From: Lama glama
Taxonomy: Eukaryota
Assembly (NCBI GenBank): GCA_028534125.1
Contig: CM052838.1
Coordinates: 46,562,001 to 46,626,000 of the forward strand
Length of the DNA: 64,000 bases
Direction: 5' to 3'
Made by a program: the position numbers and the translations under genes. Shown here piece by piece: positions 1 through 11,900 of this stretch (within the stretch, counting starts at the first letter, position 1; every line of letters begins with the position of its first letter). The notes under the pieces are model-generated. The model saw only the letters and a list, made by a program, of their open reading frames with translations. It did not search any database and had not been told where the DNA came from.

Positions 1-275
1 AAGAGGAGGAGGAGATTATGGGGACCCAAATTTATAGCTGGTTGGTCAGAAATATGGAACACCTAAACTTGTGATTGGCATCTGAAGTGGGGACCGTCTT
101 GTGGGACTGAGCCCTTAACCTATGGGATCTGACACTAACTACAGATAGATAGTATCAGAATTGAATTGTAGGATACTCAGCTAGTGTTAGATAATTGGTC
201 AGTGTGGGAAAAAAAAAAAACCCCACACATCTGGTGTCAGAAGTCTTGAGAATAGAAAAGAAACTGTGTTTTCCC
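1..275 (+). mobile_element. LTR fragment (MER21-like)
   Basis: gattggcatctgaagtgggg...gtcttgtgggactgagccct motif recalled from MER21-type LTRs. Confidence 0.55.
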
Positions 276-2026
276 TTTTATTGTCCCTATTCATAGAGGA
301 CATGATTGTCACATACACAAAACTTCTATAATAATTAAGTGATTTAAATAAGGTCACAGGATACCAGGTCAACATGCAAAAATCATGATTATTCCTATAT
401 ACTAGCAAAGAACATATTTCTATATACTAGTAATTTGGTATTTTGTTATGCCACCTAGGAAGCCAATACAGAACGGTGAAAAGATAAACTGGTAATCCAT
501 ACAATGGAATTTAACAATAAAAAAAATGCAACACTGAAACATGAAATAACACGAATGAATCTCAAAGGCATTTTGCTGAGTGAAAGAAGCTGGTATCAAG
601 AAGCTACATACTGCATGATTCCATTTATACGACATTCTGGAAAGGGTTAAACTATAGGGGCAGAAAAGAGATCAGTGGTTGCCAGGGGTTAGAAGTTGGG
701 GAAGGATTTGACTCCAAAGAGCCAGCAAAAGGGAGTTTTTCAGAGTGACATAATTGTTCTGTATCCTGAGTGTGGAGGTAATGACACAAATCTACAAGAT
801 GTGTCGAAATTCACAGAACTGCATGCCAAAAAAGAGCCCAATTTAATTATATGTAAATTAAATGACAATGTTAATGATGTTGGTGATAATAAAACCACAT
901 TGAGATACTACTCTCACCAATCAGAATGGCACAAATTAAAAAATAACAACACATTCTATTCATGAGACTGTAAGGAAACAGTCATTCTTGTACATTGTTG
1001 ATGTGTTTGTTAATTAGTACAAAACCACATGGAAGAAAATTTGGCAAAGTCTAGGAAAACAACATGTGCATTTGTCTCCTGACCTAACAATTGCTCTTCT
1101 AGGAATTTATTCTGACATGTAATTCAACAATACGAAAATACACATACAAAAGGTTATTCACTGCAGCTTTGCTTGTAATTGCACAATTTTGGAAACCAGC
1201 AAATACGCCCATACACTGAAGAGTTGCTGAATAAATGACTGAACATCCACCAGATGGAGTACTATGCAGCTCTTAAAAATGACAAAGTTCTCTAAAAACC
1301 TTTGTGGAGTGATTTCCAGGACACATTGTTAAATGAAAAAAACCGTACAAAAGAGTACACACAGCATGCCATCCTTTGTTCAAGGAAGGAGAAAGAAGAA
1401 AATATACATGTACCTGCATATCTGAGCAACAATTAACACAAGAAAGATAAGCCAGATACTATTTAAAACTTGTGTAACCACCACCACACTCAGAGTGTGG
1501 TTGGAACCTCTGGGTGTGGTTAGAATGGGGTGGAAAGAATAGAGGGAATGGATATGATACTTCTCTGAATATACCTTTTTACATAGTCCTGACTTTCACA
1601 TTAAAAAAAAAAAAAGAAATCAACAAGGATGGGGGAACCTTTTAAAACTGAATAGAAAGAGAGAGAAATGAATCAAGCCATATTTCCAATGAAAAAGATA
1701 ACCACTATGAAGGGTGTGGAGGGGGAAGAACTAACCCAAATTACTTTTGAGCACAGGTTTTGGGCTACATGCCCTTAGGCTAAAGACAAAAAGCATAGAA
1801 AGTCCTCACTTTGCTCAGTTCTAACATGCATGAATTTCACTTTCCACAGGTTAGTCAAATAAGACCAACCCCCTAATTAACAACACTCAAGTTTCAAGTT
1901 ACCATCATATAAGCACCATGAATGATTGTATAAGCTTTGCCACCAGTGCTTCACTTCATAAATTTCTAAGTAAACAGCAGAGGCACATTGTGATCAGTGA
2001 TACCTCACTACTTTCAAAATTGGCTG

Positions 2027-2913
2027 GTGAGTCAGAATGGCCATCATTAATAAGTCTACAAACAATAAATGCTGGAAAGGGTGTGAAGAAAAAGAAACCC
2101 TCCTACACTGTTGGGAATGTAAACTGGTGCAGCCACTATGGAGGACAGTACAGAAGTTTCTTAAAAAAACTAAAAATAGACTTAACATATGATCCAGCAA
2201 TCCCACTCCTGGGCATATATCTGGATAAAACTATAATTCGAAAAGNNNNNNNNNNNNNNNNNNNNNNNNNNNNNNNNNNNNNNNNNNNNNNNNNNNNNNN
2301 NNNNNNNNNNNNNNNNNNNNNNNNNNNNNNNNNNNNNNNNNNNNNNNNNNNNNNNNNNNNNNNNNNNNNNNNNNNNNNNNNNNNNNNNNNNNNNNNNNNN
2401 NNNNNNNNNNNNNNNNNNNNNNNNNNNNNNNNNNNNNNNNNNNNNNNNNNNNNNNNNNNNNNNNNNNNNNNNNNNNNNNNNNNNNNNNNNNNNNNNNNNN
2501 NNNNNNNNNNNNNNNNNNNNNAGGGTGGGAGTATAGCTCAGTGGTGGAGTGTGTGCTTAGCATGTGCAAGGTTCTGGGTTCAATCCCCAGCATCTCTATA
2601 AAAAAATCTATTAAAAACACAAATTTTATTTACAAACCAGAAATAGACTCACAGACATAGAAAATAAACTATGGTTACCAAAGGGGAAGGAATAAATTAG
2701 GAGCTTAGGATTAACAGATTCACACTACTATATGTAAAATAGATAAACAACAAGGACCTAGTGTATCGCATAGGGAACTATATTCAATTTCTTGTAATAA
2801 TCTATAATGGAAAAGAATTTGAAAAAATATATATATATAACTGAATCGCTTTGCTGTACACCTGAAACTAACATTGTAAATCAACTACACTTCAATAAAA
2901 AAAATTTTTTTTT
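2027..2913 (+). mobile_element. 5'-truncated LINE-1 (ORF2 end + 3' UTR, with N run and a SINE)
   Basis: Translation [11 protein letters not shown] is typical of the L1 ORF2 C-terminus; AATAAA plus A tail at ~2894; TSD aattggctg. Confidence 0.85.
2523..2617 (+). mobile_element. tRNA-derived SINE (Vic-1-like)
   Basis: A box TAGCTCAGTGG, B-box-like GGTTCAATCCC, A-rich tail. Confidence 0.8.
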
Positions 2914-3175
2914 AATTGGCTGCGATTGGTCACTGCAGTTTTATTATCAGTTGTAGTTGTCTTGTCTCCTTATCTACCAGTGATATACTCACTTAAAAGT
3001 TTACAAAAATGGATAATTGAAAGAAGAAATTGGGCAACAAAGATGAAAGCATAGCAAAAAAGGCAAAGTAATAATGCTGGAAGGGAAATTCCAATCAACC
3101 ACAAATAAAATCAGTGAAAGCAAACTTACAGACAGAGAGGAGGAAAATGGTTGTGACGAAAAATATGATGTCCCA

Positions 3176-3376
3176 CTGGGATTTCAAAATGTAGAATAGA
3201 TAAACAAGATTGTACTGTATAGCACAGGGAAGTATATATATATAGGATCTTGCGGTGGCTCACAGTGAAAGAGAAAGTGACAATTCATGTATAACTGAAA
3301 ATTTGTGCTCTACACTGGAATTTGACACAACATTGTAAAATGACTATAACTCAATAAAAAATATTTTAATAAAAAA
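3176..3376 (+). mobile_element. Short L1 3'-end retroposon with perfect 18-bp TSD
   Basis: gaaaaatatgatgtccca at 3158-3175 and 3377-3394. Related copies on the minus strand at ~6263-6497 (TSD gaaagttattctt) and ~61465-61665. Confidence 0.8.
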
Positions 3377-4041
3377 GAAAAATATGATGTCCCAGAGGAC
3401 GTCACCAGCATACATTTTTACACTAAAGGAATTCTCAAGACATTTCACAACATTGAAAATACAAAAGATAAAATGCTGGAAGTTGATCCAGACTTAGAAA
3501 GGAGTATGACAATTTGCCAAGGCATAGAAAAGACGTTCTGTATTGTAAGTTACATGAGAGAAAGCAAACACTACTCAAACTAAAGGTTTTTTTTTAAATA
3601 AAGAAATAAAGCACTTTAATCTTCAATATTTCTAAAGTTTTAAATGACAGTGTATCAAATAACTATTAGTTTTATTATGTTTTCATTTCTCTATACATTT
3701 ATAGCCAACAGTAACACAGTGTTTAAATTTTTTGAGGCAAAATTTTAAAGGTAATGGAAAAATTGTAATGTTTTCCATTAATTATTAAGATCATTTTGCA
3801 TGGTTTCAACATGCATAATTATTTTTGTACCCACACACTACTTATGCAAAGTGAGAACCGCCAGCACTCTAATAATTATTGAACTCTTAATCAGTAGACT
3901 TCTTTTTTGTAGAAATGTAGGTTAGCAGTTCTGAAGCTGTTTTCTATACATCCTAGGGTTGAGCAAATAAGTAAATGTATTGTGAATGATGAAAGTCAGA
4001 TTTTTCACTATAAGAACAGAGTGTTAAAAATATGGAAAAGG

Positions 4042-4291
4042 AGGAGGAAGGATAAATTAGGAGTTTGGGATTAGCAGATACACACTACTGTATATAAGAT
4101 AGATAAGCAACAAGGATTTACTGTATAGTACAGGGAACTATATCAAATTGCTTATAATAAGCTGTAATGTAATAAGCTATAATGGAAAAGAATCTGAAAA
4201 TATATATGTGTATGCACATGTATAACTGAATTGCTTTGCTATACACCTGAAACTAACATTGTAAATCAACCACACTTCAATAAAACTTCTA
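4042..4291 (+). mobile_element. L1 3'-end retroposon with TSD
   Basis: TSD aaaaatatggaaaagg; related to 2690-2905 and to ~8818-9052 (TSD aagaatataagaa). Confidence 0.75.
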
Positions 4292-6894
4292 AAAAATATG
4301 GAAAAGGGAAAGGATAGAATGAACTCAACTTTGTTGGATTGGAACTGGATATATTCAAGGTGAACTCAGAGACATATAGAAATGGATATAGATGTGTGTA
4401 TGTGTATACGTACATACATATGTGTACTTCTCAGCTTTGTCAACTGAGAGAGCATAGAAGCAATGACATACCTAGCATCTTGTTCTTGGTTTCTAATACC
4501 ACTAAAAGGAACCAAGTTTCCTTGGAGAAATGGCTGATTCCAGGTCTGGAGCAGGGAAAATACTCCAAGGGGAACCTAGAACCTCTTATTGTGCTAAAAA
4601 GGAAGAAAGTGCTCAAAGAATGATGGCGTAGGTCAAAAGGACAAAGGAGCCAGTTTGAAGGAGCTTCTAAATGCTAAATCTGGGACAACATGAACATCAA
4701 AATAAAAATGATGATAGTAATAGATGATAACGTATTGAATATACTAAGAATCTATTAGTCCACATTGATAATAACTAACTGAAAAAATAAATAGGAAAAG
4801 AGAAAGCTCTTTCTTACATTAGAAAGCCAACTGATAAATGTAGAAGAAATGATGGATTAGAAAATCACCATTTGGTAACTACATTAATAATTTATGTAGG
4901 CAAGAATCATCAATGGATGCTAAAACTAGTGAGTGAAAGTTTGACAGGTAACAGAATATTTATATAGTTTCAAAGTATCTCCCTATAATATGGTTACAAT
5001 GGAGAAATCTGGCAGTTGCCACTTTTACCAAATTATTAAAGTTAGCATTGACAGTAATGGCAGTAATCCACAGCATATGCTTCCTGATACCATGCACTAG
5101 GAAGAACTTAGCATCACTTCTGTAATATGCCTGCCAAAGATACATAACCTGAATCGATCCATAAGGAAACTTAATACAATCTTTAATTGAATATCATTCT
5201 ACAAATTAACTGGCCCATACTCTTCAAAAATGTCAGAGTTATGAAATGCAACAAAAGACTCAAATTAAAGGATAGAGATATGAAAACTGCATGCAATGGA
5301 TAATCCTGGATTTTCTTTTGCTATTAAGAATGCTATTTGGACAACTGGAACAATCTAAATGAAGTGTGTAGACAGTAGTGTTGTAAATGTTTATTTATTG
5401 ACTTTGGTAACTGTCCTGTGGTTATGTAAGAGAATGCTTTGTTTTGAGGAAATATACACAAAAGTATTTAGGGGCAAAGGGATAAAATGCCTACAAATTT
5501 TCATAAATCAGAAAAAGTATATATATATATATTTTTTTTTTCCTGAACTACAAAGAGTAATTTGAACTGAACTGAACCACTAATAAGTCTGAACTCTGTA
5601 TCTATATAAAGAGCGATCTCTCTCTCTCTAGAGAGGGATAAAGTATATGGAGGAAATGTTAACATTTGGGGAATATGGGTGAAGGGTAATTAGGAATTCT
5701 TTGTACAACCCTTGCAACTTTCCTGTAAATCCAAAGTTGTCAATTTTAAAAGTTTTAAAAATGAATTAAATCTGGGGGGAAAAAAAAGTGAGGTGGAGGA
5801 AGAGGGAGTGGCAAGGGAAGAGTCAAGGAGTGGCCAGAAGAAGCAGGAAAACGAGGAAAGGTTTCGGTACCAAAACTGAAAGGAAAAGATAAGTTCAAGA
5901 TCATCTGAGTGGTGCTTGGATTTGTCTTTAAATATGGATGCTCCTCAGAACTCTGTTCTAGACCTTCTTCATTTCTTGCCCTGTACACTACGTGGAGTAA
6001 TCTTATTCACTCATATGACTTTAATTACCACTGACACACTAATTTCCAAATCTGTATCTTGTCCAGATTTCCCCCCTTACTCCTAAACCATATGTGCTTC
6101 TGTCTACTGCCTAGCTGTCTTGCACACCTCCCAAGACAAGAATCTCAAACTCAACATGTCAAACTGAATTTATAATTTTTCTCCCTAACCAGGTTCCAAC
6201 CAGGATGGAATTATACCACCATCCTTTCAGACACCTGAACCAAATGCCCGAAAGTTATTCTTTTTTTTTCAAATACTTTTTATTGATTTATAATCAATAA
6301 AAATATAAATGTTGTATCAAATTCCAGTGTAGAGCACAACTTTTCAGTTATATATGAACATATATATATTCATTGTCACATTTTTATTCTCTGTGAGCTA
6401 CCATAAGATCTTGTATATATTTCCCTGTACTATACAGTATAATCTTGTTTATCTATTCTACATTTTGAAATCCCAGTCTATCCCTTCTCACCCCCCTGAA
6501 AGTTATTCTTGATACAATCTTTGCCCTCATCTCTCAAATCCAACTATGAAGTCCTTTGTCTCCAAAACGTACATATTCTGTGGATTTATTAACATGTCCT
6601 CCTCTAATAATACCTCTAATAATAGTCTAGTCTGGGGTTTTCAAACAGCAGATCAATTTAAAATTAATTAAACTAAAATCAATTTAATGAGTCACACTCA
6701 ACGTTTTATTTGAAGAATAGAATATAAAATATCAGAATGCATTTCATGTGGTAATTATACATATTATTGTTTCAGAAAACTTTAAAAATATCTTATAAAT
6801 ATCTACCCACATATGTGAGTTTTGGGTTATGATGTTAAATATATTTCTTACTGTGAATCATGGCCAAAAATGCCTCAAAGATATTGGTCTAGAT

Positions 6895-7165
6895 CAGTGC
6901 TGTCCAATAGAAATATAAGATGAGCTAGATATGTAATTGAAATTTCCCAGAAGCCACATTAAAAAAGCAAAAACAAACAGGTAATTAATTTTAGGAAAAT
7001 ACTTATATCAAGAATACTATCCTTTCAACATGTTATCAATATAAAAATTATTGAGCTATTTTACATTGTTTTTGTACTAAGTCTTTGAAATCTAGTGTGT
7101 ATTTCACATTTACAAAGCATCTCAGTTCAGAATAGCCACATTGGTGGCTACTGAAGCAGATAGTA
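6895..7165. mobile_element. hAT-Charlie MITE (MER33/MER3-like)
   Basis: cagtgctgtccaatagaaatata terminus; a related element at ~37452-37661. Confidence 0.6.
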
Positions 7166-7788
7166 AGGTCAGGTTTTGCAACCACCTCCTAATTGAACTT
7201 GCTAACTCTAGCCTTGCTTCCCTCCAATCCATTCTTTCAATTTAGCCTGAGACATATAAACATATAAATCTGTTTATCCCCTTCCTCTGCTTAAAATGTT
7301 CCAATGGCTTCTTATTACCTTTGGGATGGAGTCAAAACTCTTGAACAGGATTGATGATTTATGTCAGGACCCAATTTATCTTTCTAGTCTCATCTCTTCT
7401 CCTTTCTCATGCTTGATGCTCCAGCCATAGAGTATTGTTCCATTTCTTAAATATGCTCCCAGCTCTCTCACCTCTGGTCCTTTGCACATCCCACCCGCAC
7501 CCGCTCCCACAGCCCTCTGCCTCAAGGTTTCTATCTAGCATGGTAAACACTGTTACTGACTGGGATCCATCACTCTCTGTTTGCCAACATACGTGCATAT
7601 GTGTAAGCACAGACAGACAGGCAGATAGACATAAAAACTCCTCAGTAACTTCCCTGTGGTCAGTAGCTACCCTAGACATTCCTCTTCCCAGAGTGAGGTG
7701 AGGATGAGACAAATGCAAATAAAAAGCTGTTTCCCAGACTAACTCATGTTTGTGGTCCCCTGCCCCCTTCCATTTTGAGCTGCTATTA

Positions 7789-8053
7789 AACACACACACA
7801 TGTGCACGCACAAACATCCTCAGGATTTTCATAGTTTTCACAGATCAATTTCAGTGCCATCTCTAGGGCTGGGTATGATGGGGAAGCCAGCCACTGGTGT
7901 GAGTTTACACCTAGGAACTAAACAAGATGGTAAACTCACACCAGTGGCTAGCTCCCCCATCACACCCAACACTAGAGATGGCATCAAAATGGATAGATTT
8001 GTGAAAAATGTGAAAATCCTGAGGATATGTGTGTGTGCATGTGTGTGTGTGTT
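7789..8053. repeat. ~265-bp imperfect palindrome (arms ~120 bp, 21-nt loop)
   Basis: 7789-7908 is the reverse complement of 7930-8053 (atcctcaggattttca/tgaaaatcctgaggat; gccactggtgtgagtttac/gtaaactcacaccagtggc). Confidence 0.92.
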
Positions 8054-8338
8054 GAAAAACAGGGAGTAGTAGAGCCCAGTGATATCACAGGCTTTCCTGC
8101 TTCGGGTGCAGCCCTCACCTTTTCCCTATGCTGGGCTTCAGTCTCTCCCTCTGGGTATACGTATCAGTCAGTAGCCCTCCAGGGAAATGCAAATTCAGGG
8201 AGAAGAGAACAAGACGTTGAAGGAGGTGCAATTCCCATTAAAGCAAGAAACTGAAGAACCTAGACGGGAGGAAACATTCAATGCGTCGAACAGAAAGATA
8301 TCATATACTCAAAGTGAAAAGAGTTCATGTTGGTTACA

Positions 8339-8560
8339 TTGGGGTTTCTCAACCTTGGCACTATTGATATTTGGGGCCAGATAATTCTTTGTTGTGGTGC
8401 GGGTGGGGCTGTTCTGTTTATGGGACATTATGGGACGTTCAGCAGTCTCTGACTTCTACCCACTAGATGCCAGTAGCACCACCTCAAGTTGTGACAACCA
8501 AAATGTCTCCAGATATTGCTAAATGTCCTGGGAAGGGGGTGAGGGCAAACACTCAACTGG
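8339..8560. mobile_element. MER20-like hAT DNA transposon
   Basis: ttctcaaccttggcactattga...cccactagatgccagtagca...aatgtctccagatattgc. Confidence 0.75.
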
Positions 8561-10879
8561 GCTACATGAAGTAGGAACAATGAATCATGAGGAACCAATT
8601 CAAAAAACTGTGAAAAATATGGTTGAAGTAAATAACTCAATAAATGGGTTATGTAGCAATATGGATCTAGGCCAAGAATGAATTACTGCACTGAAAAATC
8701 CGGTAAGGAAGTCTTCTAGGAGAGATCAGGAAGGGGTAAACATAAAAATATGAAAGTTAAGGAATCTAGAGGATAGAATTATAAGTATTAATATCGACAT
8801 CATAAGAATATAAGAAGGGGAGGAAGGATAAATTGGGAGTATGGGATTAACAGATGCACACTACTATAAAACAGATAAACAAGGATTCACTGTATAGCCC
8901 AGGGAATTGTGTTCAATATCTTATAATAAACTATAATGAAAAAGAATTAAAATAAAAGAACATAGATATGTGCATATATGTTATAACTGAATCACTTTGC
9001 TATATACCTGAAACTAACACAATATCATAAATCAGTTATATTTCAATTAAAAAAAGAATATAAGAATAAGGGGAAAAATAGAAGGGAGGAAATATTTGTA
9101 GATACAATGCTTGCTAAATTCCCAGAATTAAAAAAAAAAATCTCAGATTGAATGGGTACATAAATGGCTAATCAGGATAGACAGGAAACATCTACTCCTA
9201 GATATGTTAGAGTGAAATGAAAGACCATCAAAGAGAAAGAGAAACATCCAAAGAGAAAGAGCAGCTCTCCTATAAAGGAACAAGATCCAGACTGACACCA
9301 GACTTCAGAAAGTAGTCCAAGAAGACAGTAGGAGAATGGGAGTAGGGATCAGAAAGGAAGGGGAAAACAAAAACAAAAATTAAAAGTGGGCTTTGTAGGC
9401 ATTCTGCATAAACTTATCTCTATCGTGGTATAACAAAAAAAGCACTCTACTTGGGGTAAATAACCTTGGCTGAAGTCCCAACCCAAATTCTTTGGAACTT
9501 GAGACAAAGCCAGGAGAAAGGTCAGACCCCATAGAAGGAAAGGGGGTGGCTGTATTTTTGTGAGTCTCAGTATTTGGGCTTCAGCTGTACAGGTGGATCC
9601 AGTTCCTAGGACTTGATTCATGAGACTGACATATGCATCAGAATGTTAATTTACTCTTTCTAATGCGGTAAAACATCTTTCCATGGAACAGTAAACACAC
9701 CTGGGCTTGCTATTTGTGGCATCTTTCATCTATCTAAGTGCTCAATTAATTACCAGCTAATTATATACCAATTAGTGAATACTGTATCAGAAAAGTTAGT
9801 TAAATGATCCTGAGGAAAAGGATGAATTCTGCCCGTCTAATAAGGTTAGCATCTGATTTTTGTCTCTCTCTTGGCCAGTGCTGATTAAATGCTAACCAGT
9901 TCTTGCTCACCTCCCACCTCCCAGCTTTCATTTTCCTTCTTTAGATGTCCAATTAGATTAGTTTTGTATTTCAGTCTTGAGATCACCCTAAACATCATGA
10001 TTGGACTTTCTTACCAAACATTTACAGAACACCTCTTAAGGTTAAGTAAAAATAACCAATAGTCATTTATTATGTGTTAAGTATCATATATACATTATCT
10101 CATTTAATCCTCAAACAACTCTGTGAAGTAGGTACTATTACTATCCCTATTTTAAAAATTGGGCAACTGGGGTTGTGTGAGTTAAGTAACTTTTCCAGGT
10201 CATTCAGCTAGTAAGCAGGGTCAAAGAAAGCCAGTAAGACCTCAAAATCAACAACTTGCATAACTTCCCCATATCCCAGGCTCACTTTTCTTGTCTGCAC
10301 CTAACCTACAGAGTTGTGAGATTCAAACGAGATAAAATATGCAGCAGGGTTTTATAACCTATGAAGCATATTGCAAATGGGCACATACAATCTTAAAATA
10401 TACAATTAAAATAGTCTATTTGTAATGATGGATAACGTAGCATAAATACAGAATATAGCTATCTTACAATCACAAAATTCAGGTCCTTAAAAACTTTTTA
10501 TTGAAAAATAATATATATCTTGTAAAGTTCATAAAACTTAAGCATGCCGCTCAATTTTTACAAAAGTATAAATTGCAAAAAAAAATTAAACATTACCGAG
10601 ATCATAATATAAAACATTACCAGTATCAGAATCTTCCCTTTGGTAAATGGTATACGCTTTTAAGTTAAAGACCTGGACTGGAATCTTGATACTTTCACTT
10701 TCTTTTTCCGTGATTTTTTTTTTTAAACCTCTTTGGGTCTTTGTTGAACCATCCTGTAACGTGATGATAACAGTACCTTATAAGATTGTTAAATTAAAGG
10801 AGGTCATATGTAAAACTTTTATCGTAGTGCCTGAATATAGCTTGCGTGCAATAAACGGTAATTATTGGGCAAATGCAAC

Positions 10880-11900
10880 AGGCCGTACTCAACTCCCACT
10901 TCCTGCCTTTTTGTCACTCACTTTTGAAAGTTGCTCCCGCTCCTATTCCTTCTTCTTCTTCTTTCTCGCCCCTCCTACTGCCGTAAATTGCCTCCCAGAG
11001 CNNNNNNNNNNNNNNNNNNNNNNNNNNNNNNNNNNNNNNNNNNNNNNNNNNNNNNNNNNNNNNNNNNNNNNNNNNNNNNNNNNNNNNNNNNNNNNNNNNN
11101 NNNNNNNNNNNNNNNNNNNNNNNNNNNNNNNNNAAGGACCGCCGGCGCTGCTACCTCCACAGGCGGGGGACGGCGCTGGCGAGGGTGGCGGCGGCACAAC
11201 CAACAACGGCCCGAACGGCGGCGGCGGGAACGTTGCGGCGTCGTCGTCGGCCGGCGGGGATGGTGGGACCCCCAAACCCACGGTGGCTGTCTCCGCCGTT
11301 GCCCCGGCGGGGGCGGCCCCGGTGTCCGCCGCTGCTCCAGAGGCTGGCGCTCCTCACGACCGGCAGACTCTGCTGGCCGTGCTGCAGTTTCTACGGCAGA
11401 GCAACCTCCGCGAGGCCGAAGAGGCGCTGCGCCGTGAGGCCCGGCTATTGGAGGAGGCAGTGGCGGGCTCCGGAGCCCCGGGAGAGGCGGACGGCGCCAG
11501 CGCTGAGGCGGCTAGCACGCTTCTCAGCCGGGTCACCGCCTCGGCTCCTGGTCCTGCGGCCCCCGACCCTCCGGGCAGCGGCGCTTCGGGGGCCGCCGCC
11601 GTCCCGGTCTTAGCAACAGGTCCTGCAGCTCCGGGGAAAGGTGAGCCGCGGGGTCCCGGAGAGGCAGGACCGGCACGGAGGCGAGCTAGCCGGGAAGGCA
11701 GAGGCTGGCAGGCCTGCACCTCTGCGGGCTTGTTTTGAATTTCCTGGGCCCGCCTCTAGGGCCACATGCCCGCCCCTTTCCCTAGTGCGCCGGCTGCGCA
11801 GTCAAACCCTCTTCCGAGCTGTCAGTTCCAGCGAGAGGCTGTGGAGAGCTCTTGAGCCTAGGGATGTATGAGGACGGTGGGCTCGGAGAGGCAGAGACCT
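10880..11900. promoter_or_regulatory. CpG island / TAF5 promoter and first exon
   Basis: Abrupt GC/CpG-rich segment in an AT-rich background; ETS-like CACTTCCT near 10897; TSS probably in or next to the N run. Confidence 0.8.

Larger units (their letters stand above)
1796..3864. mobile_element. Tigger-family DNA transposon relic interrupted by younger retroposons
   Basis: Inverted termini agtcctcactttgc (~1801) and gcaaagtgagaacc (~3846); sequence resumes after the inserts at 2027-2913 and 3176-3376. Confidence 0.6.

Noticed and set aside
2523-2597. tRNA-Ala-like gene (and similar copies elsewhere)
   Set aside because: Degenerate stems, A-rich tails, TSDs and many dispersed copies indicate SINEs, not tRNA genes.
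7407-8069. Cluster of ORFs over the palindrome
   Set aside because: Low-complexity translations from (CA)/(TG) runs and repeat sequence, with no splice or homology support.
10647-11738. 363-aa ORF as a full protein or N-terminal extension of TAF5
   Set aside because: It reads through an N run and past the exon 1 donor; the upstream part is AT-rich non-coding sequence.
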